DNA of 37,842 bases, from NCBI RefSeq assembly GCF_006345805.1, contig NW_021835889.1:1-37842 (forward strand). The letters are read 5' to 3'. The first letter of the stretch is position 1. Each line of letters starts with the position of its first letter. Shown piece after piece: positions 11,601 to 23,867 of this stretch. The notes beneath the pieces were generated by a model, which saw only the letters and a program-made list of their open reading frames with translations, was not told where the DNA came from and did not search any database. The position numbers and the translations under genes are program-made. The stretch comes from Octopus sinensis. Lineage: Eukaryota.

Positions 11601-11813
11601 GGAAATTAAAATGAGAAAGTAATAAGAAATTACGCTATGAACTCAATTGGCTTACAGTCGTTTCTGCTATAAGATGCAATGCACTCATAATTGAAGCTGT
11701 AGGGTGATACACAAGCTCTCAACTATGAGTGCATTGCATCTTACAGCAGAAACGACTTTAAGCTAATTGAGTTCATGAGATAATTTTCTTATTCACTTGT
11801 CAATTTAATTTCT
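11601..11813. mobile_element. Long hairpin / fold-back MITE
   Basis: ~95-bp arms (...tgaactcaattggcttacagtcgtttctgctataagatgcaatgcactcataattg vs caactatgagtgcattgcatcttacagcagaaacgactttaagctaattgagttca...) around a short loop. Confidence 0.75.
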
Positions 11814-11941
11814 TTATATAGACATACATCATCATCATTATCATTGTCATTTAATGACCGCTCTCCATGCCGGCATGGGTTGGATGGTTTGACTGAGGAC
11901 TGGTGAGCCAGAAGGTTGCACCAGGCTTCAGTCTGATCTTG

Positions 11942-12322
11942 TAGGCGCAGGCATGGTTATGTGCTTAAGATGGTCTCTTTGCAACCATGAAGTGTTGGGT
12001 TCAGTCTCATGGCATGGCACCACGGGCAAGCGTCTTCATCTATAGCCACAGACTCACCAAGCCCTGTTTGGTGAATTCGGTAGATAGAAACTGTGAGGAA
12101 ATCCCTTGAATATATATATATGTGTGTGTGTTGGGTGAGTTTTATCTTGTCCTCCTCATTACTGCTTAACAAGTGATGTCCGTTTCTTTAAATCCCCATA
12201 ACTTAGCTATTCAGCAAACGAGATCAACAGAATAAGTACCAGACTTAAGTTCTAGGGTCAATTTGATCAATTAAAACCTTTCAAGTTAGTACCCCAACAT
12301 GGTCATAATCCAATAAGTGAAA
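11942..12322 (+). mobile_element. SINE family A, diverged
   Basis: Recognisable head, central box and tail with many substitutions. Confidence 0.7.
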
Positions 12323-12471
12323 AATGCCATTCCTCCTTCTTAACATAAGACCAATGGTAGCCTTATTATACACAAATAAAGAAATTTTATCCACCAATGC
12401 AGTGTTGAGCACTCACTCTTGTCATTTGACATTTATGTTGCTCGCTCTCTCTCTCTCTCTCTATATATATA

Positions 12472-12688
12472 TACTCTCTTTACTCTTTTTTTGTTTCAGT
12501 TATTTGACTGTGGCCATGCTGGAGCACCACCTTTAGTCGAGCAGATCAACCCCAGGACTTATTCTTTGGATGCCTAGTACTTATTCTATCGGTCTCTTTT
12601 GCTGAACCGCTAAGTTATGGGGATGTAAACACACCAGCATCGGTTGTCAAGCGATGTTGGGGTGACAGACACAGACACACAGACATAT

Positions 12689-12720
<32 letters not shown>

Positions 12721-12884
12721 GACGGGCTTCTTTCAGTTTCCGTCTACCAAATCCACTCACAAGGCTTTGGTCGGCCCGAGGCTATAGTAAAAGACACTTG
12801 CCCAACGTGCCACGCAGTAGGACTGAACCCAGAACCATGTGGTTCGTAAGCAAGCTACTTACCACACAGCCATTCGTATGCCTA
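12472..12884 (-). mobile_element. SINE family A
   Basis: Reverse-complement full-length homologue. Confidence 0.88.
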
Positions 12885-13540
12885 AATATATATAGAATGA
12901 GAAAACCCCTAGCAAATTACTCAATCTTTCAGCTTCATGGATCTTGTTTCTCTGATCCTCTGCATCATGCACAAAACTTGGTATCTGCAACTAACAGTAT
13001 CATCTCAGGTGTACCCTAGGGGTGTTTGTCACCAACACTCTTCTTTTTCAGTGTGCATGTGCATGCAAATATATATTGAAACACACACACACACAAGGAA
13101 TGCTCAGTTATTAAGTAATTAGTGAGGATGCTTTCTTTTCCTTTGCTTTAAAAATGAGAATTTAGCTGAAACAAGGTGTTAAGGTTAAAAATAGTATAAA
13201 TTAATTAACTGATAACCAACAAAGAACAGTTTCCTGATGAGGTCGCATCGCATTTTATAGATTTATCTTTCTCAACAAGATAGCATGTTTGAAATTGAAA
13301 ATATTTGTTTTAAACAAAATAATAATAAAGAAGAATAATGTTTTTTTTTGTTTGTTTGTTTTTTTTTTTCTTTTTACTATAACATGTTCCTTATAAGCTT
13401 TGGCAAATTATTTCAAGTTTTCGTGATAAAGATATTTACTAAGAGTGCTTCAAAAAGCTTCCTTCAGTACAGTTTCATTCTTACAAAAATGAGAAACATA
13501 GAAATTTATTTATGCTCTTCATTTTTTTTTTATTATTTCA

Positions 13541-13578
<38 letters not shown>

Positions 13579-14329
13579 ACAATAACAAAAAGTAAAAACA
13601 ATAACAAAAAAAAATAATAATGATAACCTTTTCCACTGGAAATGAAGTTAAGAGTTCCAATACATATGGAACTATTAAACTGAAATAAAATATTACTTTT
13701 TAGACAAAGAAAGGAATGGGAGAATATATAAAAAAATTAACTAATATGGATTTTGGTAGAAGAGTGCCAATAGCACACTGTTACGGTAGTTTTTTTTTCT
13801 CTTCCATTGTTTTTGTTCAGAACTGATCCTTAAAACAGGAATAATACAGTTTTAGATGTCAAATATCCAAAAATATTATTTTGTTTCATATTGTTTTTTT
13901 TTCTTTAATTTTAATTTTTTTTGTTTTCATTAACTAGAGGAGTTCAAAGATTGTCAAGGATGGTTTTGTGTATATGTATATATGTGTGTATGCGTGTGTG
14001 TGTGCGTGTGTGTGTATATATATATACACACACACACACATACACATATACATTAAAATAAGAGGTGTGTACAGAAACAAAAAAAAGAGCATTCAATAAA
14101 ATAGTAAAGTATATATATATTATATATATATATATATATATTATTTGTAATTAATAGAGTTCATTAGTGATAATGCTTTGTGACTTCAAGTTTCATGGTA
14201 GATAAAATACCAAGTGACAGAACTCAACCAGTATCTATCTATATATACAATACATATACATACATACATACATACATATGCAAGTATATTGTCAGTGTGA
14301 GAGTTTCTGGTATCTTAAGTTAAGAAAGT

Positions 14330-14620
14330 TTCCAGGGCATAACCTATTGCAAAACTAAAACTTTGTGAGCAGATTTGGTAAGCGGAAACTGAAAGAAGCC
14401 TATCAAGTGTGTGTGTGTGTGTGTGTTTGTGTCCCACCAATTCTTGATAACCAGCGCTGGTGCGTTTATGTTTCTGCAACTGAGCAGTTCACCAAAAATG
14501 ACTGCTACAATAAGTACCAGGCTTAGAAAACAATCATAATTACTGGGGGGTGATTTGCTTAACTAAAATTCAAGGTGATGCCCAAGTATGGCCACAGCCC
14601 AATGACAAAAACAAGTAAAA
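14330..14620 (+). mobile_element. SINE family A, 5'-truncated and diverged
   Basis: ggaaactgaaagaagcc...aataagtaccagg...atggccacagcccaatgac. Confidence 0.7.
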
Positions 14621-14822
14621 AAAATAAAAAAGATAATATGTATATAAAATATGAATGTAGGATGGAGAAATAAGATGGTATGGAATAAATATACAAAGTT
14701 AAAAAGTTAGAAATGTTACATTTTCAATTTTGACTTCCCATATTTTATTTCATACGGTTAGATCCCAATTAGTTCCACTTATACTTTATGTATCTTTTTT
14801 GTTCTTTATCTTGTCTATATTC

Positions 14823-15545
14823 TTAACCCTTTTGTTACTGTATTTATTTTGAGATGCTCTGTGTTTCTTTCAATTACTTTTAAATATAACAAAGAACTTA
14901 GTAAATTAACTAGTTATCATTAAGATAGTGTTAGGAATATAAATTGCGACTAAGGTTTAGTGGAAGATTTTAATTCAAAACTTATGAAAACAAGACATTT
15001 GTACTCAGAGCCAGTTTCAGCCAGGTTAGTATCAAAAGGATTAAGAATTGTTTCTCTATTATATATTTTAACCCTTTTGTTACTGTATTTATTTTGAGAT
15101 GCTCTGTGTTTCTTTCAATTATCTTAAATATAACAAAGAATTTAGTAAAATAACTTAGTTATCATTAAGCTAGTGTTAGGAACATAAATTGCGACTAAGG
15201 TTTGGTGGAAGATTTTAATTCAAAACTTATGAAAACAAGACATTTGTACTCAGAGCCAGTTTCAGCCAGGTTAGTATCAAAAGGGTTAAGAATTGTTTCT
15301 CTATTATATATTTTAACCCTTTCATTACTGTATTTATTTTGAGATGCTCTGTGTTTCTTTCAATTATCTTAAATATACTAAATAAAGAATTTAGTAAAAT
15401 AACTTAGTTATCATTAAGATAGTGTTAGGAATATAAATTGCGACTAAGGTTTGGTGGTATATTTTAATGAAAAACTTATGAAAACAAGACATTCATACTA
15501 CAGAGCCAGAGCCGGTTTTGGCTGGGTTGGTAACAAAAGGGTTAA
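14823..15545. mobile_element. Three tandem piggyBac-type MITE copies (14823-15044, 15068-15289, 15313-15545)
   Basis: Each is TTAA-CCCTTT...AAAGG(G/A)-TTAA; copies are separated by the identical 23-nt spacer gaattgtttctctattatatatt; period 245 bp. Confidence 0.9.
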
Positions 15546-15799
15546 AGACTTTCAACTATATTCTTAACCAACCAAAGGAAATAACTCCCATACAGTATTA
15601 ACATGTAATGTTTTATGCCCCTTACAACCTTTTCTTTTCAACTCAAGATGCAACAATACATGAAGTTCCACATACTCACAACATATATAAGACACGGATA
15701 TTTTAGTAACCGGTTGAGTCTTGCCTGATGATTGCTTATCATTAACTAACTACAATACTTGACGTCTTGATGTATTATCCCAAATGGACTATAAGTGTA

Positions 15800-15833
<34 letters not shown>

Positions 15834-17255
15834 TTAGAAAGTTGATTAATTCCATTATTTTGGTGGAGAAAATAGAGAAGTAACTTAAAGAAGCATTATT
15901 TATTATAAGTACTTTCATAAAATAATTCAAACATGAAGAACAAACAAAAACGAATAAAAAAAAAAAACAAAACAAATGAACACACATATGAATATATATA
16001 TATATATTCATATATATACATATATAAAAGTGGTATCCTATGCATTTTAACAACTGCATCTAGCATCTGCTCTTAAACACAGGGACCAGCTTCTGGAATA
16101 CTGGAATATTAACACTTCTTCATTAAATTCCAGTAGTGTCATCAAATGTTAATTATTAATTATGAAACTAACCATAACTTGTGATAAAAAGATTTTTTTT
16201 TTTTAAAAAAAGACTTTTTTTTTATTTAAGAAAAAAAAAAGAAAGAAGAAAAACCCAATTTTAAATCAAAGTTCTTTTGACTGGCTAATATTTGATTATT
16301 GTGTTTAAAGCGCCAAAATATAGCCAAATGTAAATATTCATGATAGCTTTTCTGAAAATAGGAAGTTCCTTTACTATTTTTCCCCAAATATATTTTTCTT
16401 CTGAACTTTTTCTATTGTTTTCTTTCTTTTCTTTGATTCTTTGTTTCTTCTGAATCATTATTTGTCTTTATCTTTCTTTTCGATAGACAGACAATACACA
16501 TATATATACATATATTATACATTTATTCAATCAGTATATATATATATATATATATATACATATATATATACATAAGGAATATTTTTCTTCTTTCTTGTGT
16601 TTTCCTCTGAATACCAGACAATGAGTGTATATATATCAACTCTACAATCATCTGAATTTCGGGAGAATTCTGTGAGGGTGCGATGATGATAATAATAATA
16701 ATAATAATAATAATAATTAATAATAAAGTGATGAGCAGGAAGTTAATTCAAAATGAAATAACATCAAAAAAAAAAAAAAAATTAAAATACAGTTAAATAA
16801 TAAGTTTCTCTGATAGCTTTTGTGATTGAAGCTTAAAGAGAAAGAAAAAGTAGAGAAGAATGAGATGAATGTAGGTTGGGGCAAGGAGGATTTATCATTG
16901 AAAATATCTTCAGATGAAGGTGGTTGGTGGAGAGGTTCGGGTATTGGAAAAAGAAAAATAAAATAGAGAGATTTTGGCAAATATTGGGCAAAGATAAAGA
17001 TTTCATTTAATTTTTCTTTTCATTTTTCATTTATATATTTTATTTTTGTTTCCATGGAGATGGGAGGAATTTGTCCTTTATATACATAAAATATCCACAC
17101 CTGCCATGCATATATACATATCAACATATAGTATCCTGGTTACATAGTTTACAAACAGGAATATCAATGCTCCTACTGCATATATATATATATCTAAATG
17201 ATATATAAATATATGCATGTATACATACATATATGTACGTACTGACATATATATG

Positions 17256-18123
17256 TATATATACATGCATATATGGGTACAGGAAATGAAAAAAAACGTA
17301 GACAAAATGAGAAATGAGAACATAAAAAACAAAAACAGAAAACAAGCTTTTTTTTGAACAACAAAAAAGCAGACACACAGAAACGAGACAGGCAACATAC
17401 AGAACATTCCCTTCATCAGTTGTTCCCTGTTTTACCTACTCCGCGTTTTGAAGGTAGGGACAAGACACGACTTCGTTAAAACAGTCCTTCCCGCAAAGCA
17501 AATTAAATAAAATTTGGGACTTTTTGTGGAGGGTGAAAGTGGTAACAAAAACAGGACAGTGAGAACAAAACAGTAAAAACAAACAGTGAGGGCTGTTGAG
17601 TCAAGACGATGTAAAGTGGTGAACACTGGAAAAACGAGCTTTGAGAAGAGACAGGTAAAAGCACATCTGGTCTTTAGGAAGAAAGTGGAAGAAAGAATGG
17701 CCGTTGGTCACGTGTGAGCAACGAGAGAGTCAAGGAGGAAGAGAGAGAGAGAGAGAACGGTAAAGGGGAGAGGAGAAGAATAGGGAAAGGGTGGTAGAGA
17801 AAAACAGAACAAGAAATAAGAACAAGAGATGGAGCTAGATAGACAGAGAAGAGATAGTAAAGAAGAAGAGTGCGCATCATAATTATTAAGATAAAACTTA
17901 ATTGGAAAAGGATGCGTGGCGTTCGATCACATAATAATATAAATAATATATAAATATATGCATATATATACATAACTACATATATATGTATATATATATA
18001 TACATGCATATATGGGTACAGGACGTCAAAAAACATGGACAGAATAAAAAATGAGAACATAAAAAACAGAAACATAGAAAACAAACTTTTTTTGAACAAC
18101 GAAAAAAACAAACAGAGAAACGA
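17256..18123 (-). mobile_element. Non-autonomous element bounded by ~130-bp direct repeats (Penelope-like, inferred)
   Basis: 17256-17386 closely matches about 17996-18123. Internal GGTCACGTG at 17706-17714 with a purine tract. Minus-strand CTGATGA at 17419-17413. Confidence 0.5.
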
Positions 18124-18194
18124 TATATATATATATATATATACACTCACAAATACAATCAAGCTCCTTTGCTTCATGTCCACTCATGCTTGTC

Positions 18195-18495
18195 AACACT
18201 ATATATATATACATATATATATAACACACATATATATAACATATATATAATACACACATATATAATATATACATATATATATATACACACATATATATAT
18301 ATACATATATATATATATACATATATATATTACACACATATATATACATATATACATATATATATACATATATACATACTATATATATATACATATACAT
18401 ATATATATATATATATACATACATATATATATATATACAATATATAATATATATGTATATATATATATGTACATACATACACACACACACTTATA
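18195..18495. repeat. (TA)/(CA) compound microsatellite
   Basis: Direct reading. Confidence 0.95.
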
Positions 18496-19446
18496 TACAC
18501 ACATTATGTCAATGTGGATTTAAAAAAAAATTACCACTTGTTCCAGATCCTCACACATTTCAATTTACAAATTGATTGATTTAATAAAAAAAAGAGGGGG
18601 GGGGGGAATCCACATCTGAGAAACTTCAAAAGTTAAGCATATTATACCTGTTTGTTTGTTTATATATATATAAACATATATATATACATACATACATACA
18701 CAAAAAAAAAAATCACATAATTTTTAAGCTTAACTTTGGAGGAGAAACAATTTACCTGTTTATATTTTTTTCACGGGATTATGTAGACAAATTCTATGTT
18801 TGAAAGACATCATTCTCTTTCTGGCTTCCATAAATGAAATTGGCCATTATTTCTATCTTTTTGACCGTTCCATTCGGATATATGAGCGAGGTTTCAGAGG
18901 GAGAGATAATCACAGTTATTGTGATGTTGTCCCACACACGCAACACTTTCAAACATACACATGCTTTGGATGGCTGTACTTTGTTGTCTCCCAAGAGAAT
19001 AAGACTTGCAGTTAATTTAAAGCAAACAAAAGGAGTGACAGGAAACGGTGGCTCCAAACAACAGATTGTGCAGGAAGACAAAGCATAGTAAAGCAAGATG
19101 CATTAGTTAGTGTTTATATCATAGTAATTCTGACTAAATATTCTAATTAAATTTCAGGCTTTTAATCAACACGTACACGTACTCCTGTATGTATCTCACG
19201 ATGCTTCAGTTTATGACATTATGTGTATACATACACACACATACGCATATATACATACATGTACACATACACATGAATAAACATATATATGTATGTATAT
19301 GTGCATAGAACAGCCATAGTATACAAAATATATAAATAGTACATGTGTGCCTGTGTGTGTCTATACAGCATTCAAGCAAAAAATTTTTAGTTGAATATTT
19401 TTATTGTCAGTTTACAAATATTAATTAATAAATAATAATAATAATA

Positions 19447-19486
<40 letters not shown>

Positions 19487-20934
19487 TAATAATAATAATA
19501 GCAATAGTAGTAGAAATAGTACTATTAAAAAATAGTATGTATATATGTATATACATGAAGGCACATAAAAAAATCATTCTTGACCGGCATTTTTTAAAAT
19601 CATTTTTTTCTTCTTTCTTTTAAAATTAATTTTTTCAGAAATTGTAAAAATTCACATGCACACGTATACATGCATGCAGACATTTGTGCATGCGTACGAC
19701 ATAACTATGTGCACACACCCACACCCACATCCACACAAACATACGAATTTTGTACGTATATGTTTATCAGGGAACAAATAAAAAAAACCAATGTTTATTC
19801 ATACTTCTGCAGAAGAGTCAAATGTCGTTATTTTTTTCTCCTACTCCCCGAACATCCCCCGGAATTAACTGAAAGGGTCAAGGGTCATAGGCATACACTG
19901 CATACCTTGTTTTTCCCATCTGGTAACCAACGACAACAGAGATCAAAGAGACATCTACACTGCCATACAATAATAATGCTACAAAAAAAAATAAATCCCC
20001 CCCAAAAAAGCATTCCAACTGCTGAATTAGGATTGCAATGATTGTCAACATTTGTTAGATTTAAAAATAATTTTGAGTGTGTATACACACAAAAACATGA
20101 ACATGGAGTGAGTGAGCAGCGTGTGTGTGTAGATGTGTGTCTGTGTGTATATATTTATATACATACATAAAAACACACACACTTATAAAATATATACATG
20201 TATATATATATATATACAAGCATATTTATTCACTGTGTATAAAACTGCATATTCCTCTCAGTGTAAATGTGGATAAGTACACACATGTTTATGAATATGA
20301 GCACGTATGTATGTGGAGATGTGTAGACACACACACACACTTATATATGTATTTATCAACATACAGACTCCGAAATGTAAAGCAACAGAATTTAGAAGAA
20401 CACAAATTTGACTTAGTTTATTTTAGTTAAAAACAAGTAGAAAAATTTGCGTAATTCTTCATAAGCAGTGCACACCCACACATATTTACACACACACACA
20501 CATATATATATATACATATATATACATTGACAGAAAGAATATCTATCTGTGTGTATGTTTGTATGTATATATATATATATTACTCAAACACATGCACACA
20601 CTTGGACATACACACACAGAGCATTCTAAACCCTACTACGTGTGAGTGTGTGTGTGTGTCTGTGTGTGTGTGAGTATGCGTCTACATATAGAAGTATAAA
20701 TGTATGAATACACAGACACACACACACAGAAGAGTGAAGAAAATAAAATAATCACTCAAACAAGAACTTGAAAATAGGCCAAATATAGTGGTGGATGAAT
20801 GTATACACAGAAAAAAATAAAAAAAAAAAGGAAGGAAATTATCATCATTATTATTATTATTGTTACAAAGATGAAAATAATGAGAGAGGAATCTGCACAA
20901 AAATTCCTTATTGGCAGCCAGCATGTGGGTGTAT

Positions 20935-21097
20935 ATAATACATGGCTGTGCCGTAAGAAGTTTTCTTCCCAAGTACATGATTTCTGGGTTCAGTCCCATC
21001 GCATGGCGCCTTGGGCAAGTGTCTTCTTCTATATTCTTGGGCTGACCAAAACCAGAGTGGATCTGGTAGTCAGAAATTGTAAAAAAAAAAAATCTGT

Positions 21098-21130
<33 letters not shown>

Positions 21131-21200
21131 TATATTATATAATATATTATATATATAATATATATATCTGCAGAATAGCAGTTTGGCAGAAATAACTGAT
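20935..21200 (+). mobile_element. SINE family A, partial
   Basis: ctgggttcagtcccatcgcatggcgccttgggcaagtgtctt. Confidence 0.7.
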
Positions 21201-21274
21201 GGCCACGGCCTAGTGATTGAAAGAAGCAGAAGAGAAAAAGAATATATAGCAATGTAACTATAGATGTGGTGTCG

Positions 21275-21415
21275 GTATTTCTTTTCCTTCTTTGGACTTT
21301 TCCCTTTCTCTTCTCCGATGCAGAGCTATGCTCAAAACATCAAACTCTCTCTTTTCACTGAGCATCAAACTAATACATTTCTTGTGTGTGTCCTTTTGGT
21401 GTCAATTTTATTGTT
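21275..21415 (+). mobile_element. Penelope-like repeat relic with degenerate hammerhead motif (21311-21345)
   Basis: CCGATGC-a-gagc-tat-gctc-AAAA-ca-tc-aaac plus tail ctgagcatcaaactaatacat. Confidence 0.42.
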
Positions 21416-21436
21416 CATTTATTTAAATTGACAATC

Positions 21437-21439
<3 letters not shown>

Positions 21440-21513
<74 letters not shown>

Positions 21514-21537
21514 CATATATATACATGTATATATACA

Positions 21538-21570
<33 letters not shown>

Positions 21571-21577
21571 CATATAC

Positions 21578-21623
<46 letters not shown>

Positions 21624-21810
21624 ATATACATATACATATATATATATACATATACATATATATATATACATATACATATATATATACATATACATATATA
21701 TATACATATATACATATATATATACATATACATATATATATACATATACATATATATATACATATACATATATATATACATATATATATATTATATACAT
21801 ATATATATAC

Positions 21811-21843
<33 letters not shown>

Positions 21844-21935
21844 CATATATATACATATATATATACATACACATATATATACATACATATATATATATAT
21901 ACATATGCACACACACATACATATATACACACATA
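21440..21935. repeat. (TA)n/(TACATA)n compound micro/minisatellite
   Basis: About 500 bp of TA with regularly spaced CA interruptions; source of the long YI/IY ORFs. Confidence 0.95.
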
Positions 21936-22217
21936 TATATGTGCCGTGATTGCTGTCTCCTCGTCCGCCTTTGTTGTCAACAGCATTTCTGACTTTCTGT
22001 CCATGACTTCTCAGACAACTACCATACACACATATATATACATACTCACACACATTTTATACATATGCTTATTGTATGAGTGCTTCTGTTTGTGTGTGTG
22101 TGTGTATACATGTAATGTATATATTTATAAGTGCATATACACATGTATATCCATAGTGAAAAATTAAGATAAATACCATATAATATTGTGTTTCTACATA
22201 CATTTCATCATTGCAGT

Positions 22218-22251
<34 letters not shown>

Positions 22252-22275
22252 ATATATATATATATATATATATAT

Positions 22276-22512
22276 ACCGGAGTAAAAACATAATGTGAAA
22301 CAAGGTGGAAAAAAGAGTAGTCAAATACCAGTGTAGAGTAATATGCTTTATTTAAAGCAGCAGAAAATTCAACATAACCTGTTACTCTGAGTTTCCCTTT
22401 GCTGTTCGTCGGACAGTTTTTGCTTGAGCAAAATCTGTCCGATGAACGGCAACGGGAAACTCAGAGTAACAGAGTAACAGGTTTTGTTGAATTTTCTGCT
22501 GCTTTAAATAAA

Positions 22513-22513
<1 letters not shown>
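22276..22513. mobile_element. Penelope-like terminal-repeat relic arranged as a fold-back
   Basis: 22346-22423 is the reverse complement of 22428-22513 (loop ttga; 8-nt duplication in the right arm). The left arm continues into a T-rich tail on the minus strand down to about 22276. Penelope assignment is inferred from the hammerhead-like motif. Confidence 0.5.
22434..22473 (+). ncRNA. Minimal type-I hammerhead-ribozyme-like motif
   Basis: tctgt-CCGATGA-a-cg-gcaa-cg-g-GAA-Actc-a-gagT-A-acaga: 5-bp helix I, core with U4>C, short helix II with GCAA tetraloop, palindromic helix III, GUA cleavage triplet. Confidence 0.55.
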
Positions 22514-22562
<49 letters not shown>

Positions 22563-22814
22563 ATACATACATGAACATGGCTATATAACATGTACAAATA
22601 GATATATGCATATACAGAAGCATGTATTAGTGTGTCTATACACATATGTATGCATGTCCAATAGAGATGGGTTGAGAGTTAACATTGCTCAAAGTGAATG
22701 GTAGCAATGCAAGCTAAAACATACATGTGTACACAACTCTGACTCGTTAATGCAAAATTTGTGTTAACGCAAAATGTGTAAAGTTGTGGCAAACCAGTGA
22801 TGTTATTATCTAAG

Positions 22815-22846
22815 CAACAACAACAATAATAATAATAATGATGATG

Positions 22847-22887
<41 letters not shown>

Positions 22888-23139
22888 CCGAGAAACAAAA
22901 AAAGATTATATATATATATATATAAGAAGCAGTTGGTTGGTATAAGGAAGTGTTCAGCAGAGCAAGCTGTATCACATTGCACTCTCTCACTCTATCTATC
23001 TATCTATCTCTCTGTCTCTCTCTAAGTTAGTTGTCGCTCTTCTTTGCTCCTCCCCACCCCGCCACCTCCTCAATATATCAACTTCCTGGAGTCATACATC
23101 AACAACAACAATAATAATATAATAATAATAGTAATGATG

Positions 23140-23185
<46 letters not shown>

Positions 23186-23210
23186 TAATAATTACAATAA
23201 GGATAATAAT
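22815..23210. repeat. (AAT)n microsatellite cluster
   Basis: Long (aat)n runs at about 22825-22885 and 23100-23195; similar runs at 19425-19500, 23475-23600, 26647-26692 and 29153-29188. Confidence 0.9.
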
Positions 23211-23471
23211 TTAACAGAAGATTCAAAACCCATCCCGACCATTCTTAAAAAAAATATTTAAAAAATAAAAAAAAAAGATATTCAATAAAAATTATTATTG
23301 AAACCATATTATATGAGGCAAGACAGTACCATAGTAATCATAGTAATAAAAATTCTTTCTTTGTTTCTTTTTCTGCTGTTTTTTTTAGCTTTTTTTTTTT
23401 GGAGACTTGAGACAAAAATATACAAAACGGCATAATGAAACAATGTAGTGTGGAGCAGACAAGGAACACTG

Positions 23472-23508
<37 letters not shown>

Positions 23509-23561
23509 TAATAATGGCAAGGGCAGTGGCAGCCATATTCTTAGAAAAAGAAACAACAACA

Positions 23562-23596
<35 letters not shown>

Positions 23597-23867
23597 TATA
23601 ATTTCCTCAATAGTAATAATAATGGTGGTGATGATGACAGTGAAGATGAAGATGACGATTTCTTAAATAGGCATGAAGCCTTTGGGTTAGAATCACAAGT
23701 GTGTGTGCGTGTGTGTGTGTGTGTGTGAGGGAAGCTTGGGAAATAAATGGGGAAAAACCTTTTGCATTCACATATTCTTCCAAGTGGGAACATGAGCATT
23801 TATTGCTCTTTTGCTGTCAATAACAACAGTCACAACAACAATGTTAATAATAATAATAATAATAAAA

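Noticed and set aside
13234-13260. CTGATGA hammerhead-like core
   Set aside because: No helix II closure, GAAA or cleavage triplet follows.
14823-15545. Repeat-spacer pattern superficially like a CRISPR array
   Set aside because: Eukaryotic DNA, 222-bp repeats, identical spacers and no cas genes.
18834-19088. 84-aa ORF with a signal-peptide-like start (MKLAIISIFLTVPFG) and the overlapping 100-aa minus ORF
   Set aside because: No recognisable domain, processing sites or splice context; ORFs in three frames of similar length. Cannot be supported without expression data.
21419-22053. Long ORFs of 120-205 aa (YI/IY/MY repeats), and similar ones throughout
   Set aside because: Translations of (TA)n/(CA)n microsatellites that lack stops by composition.
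23053-23066. CCCCACCCC KLF-type sites (also near 470) suggesting autoregulation
   Set aside because: Short, low-complexity, one inside a SINE; expected by chance.
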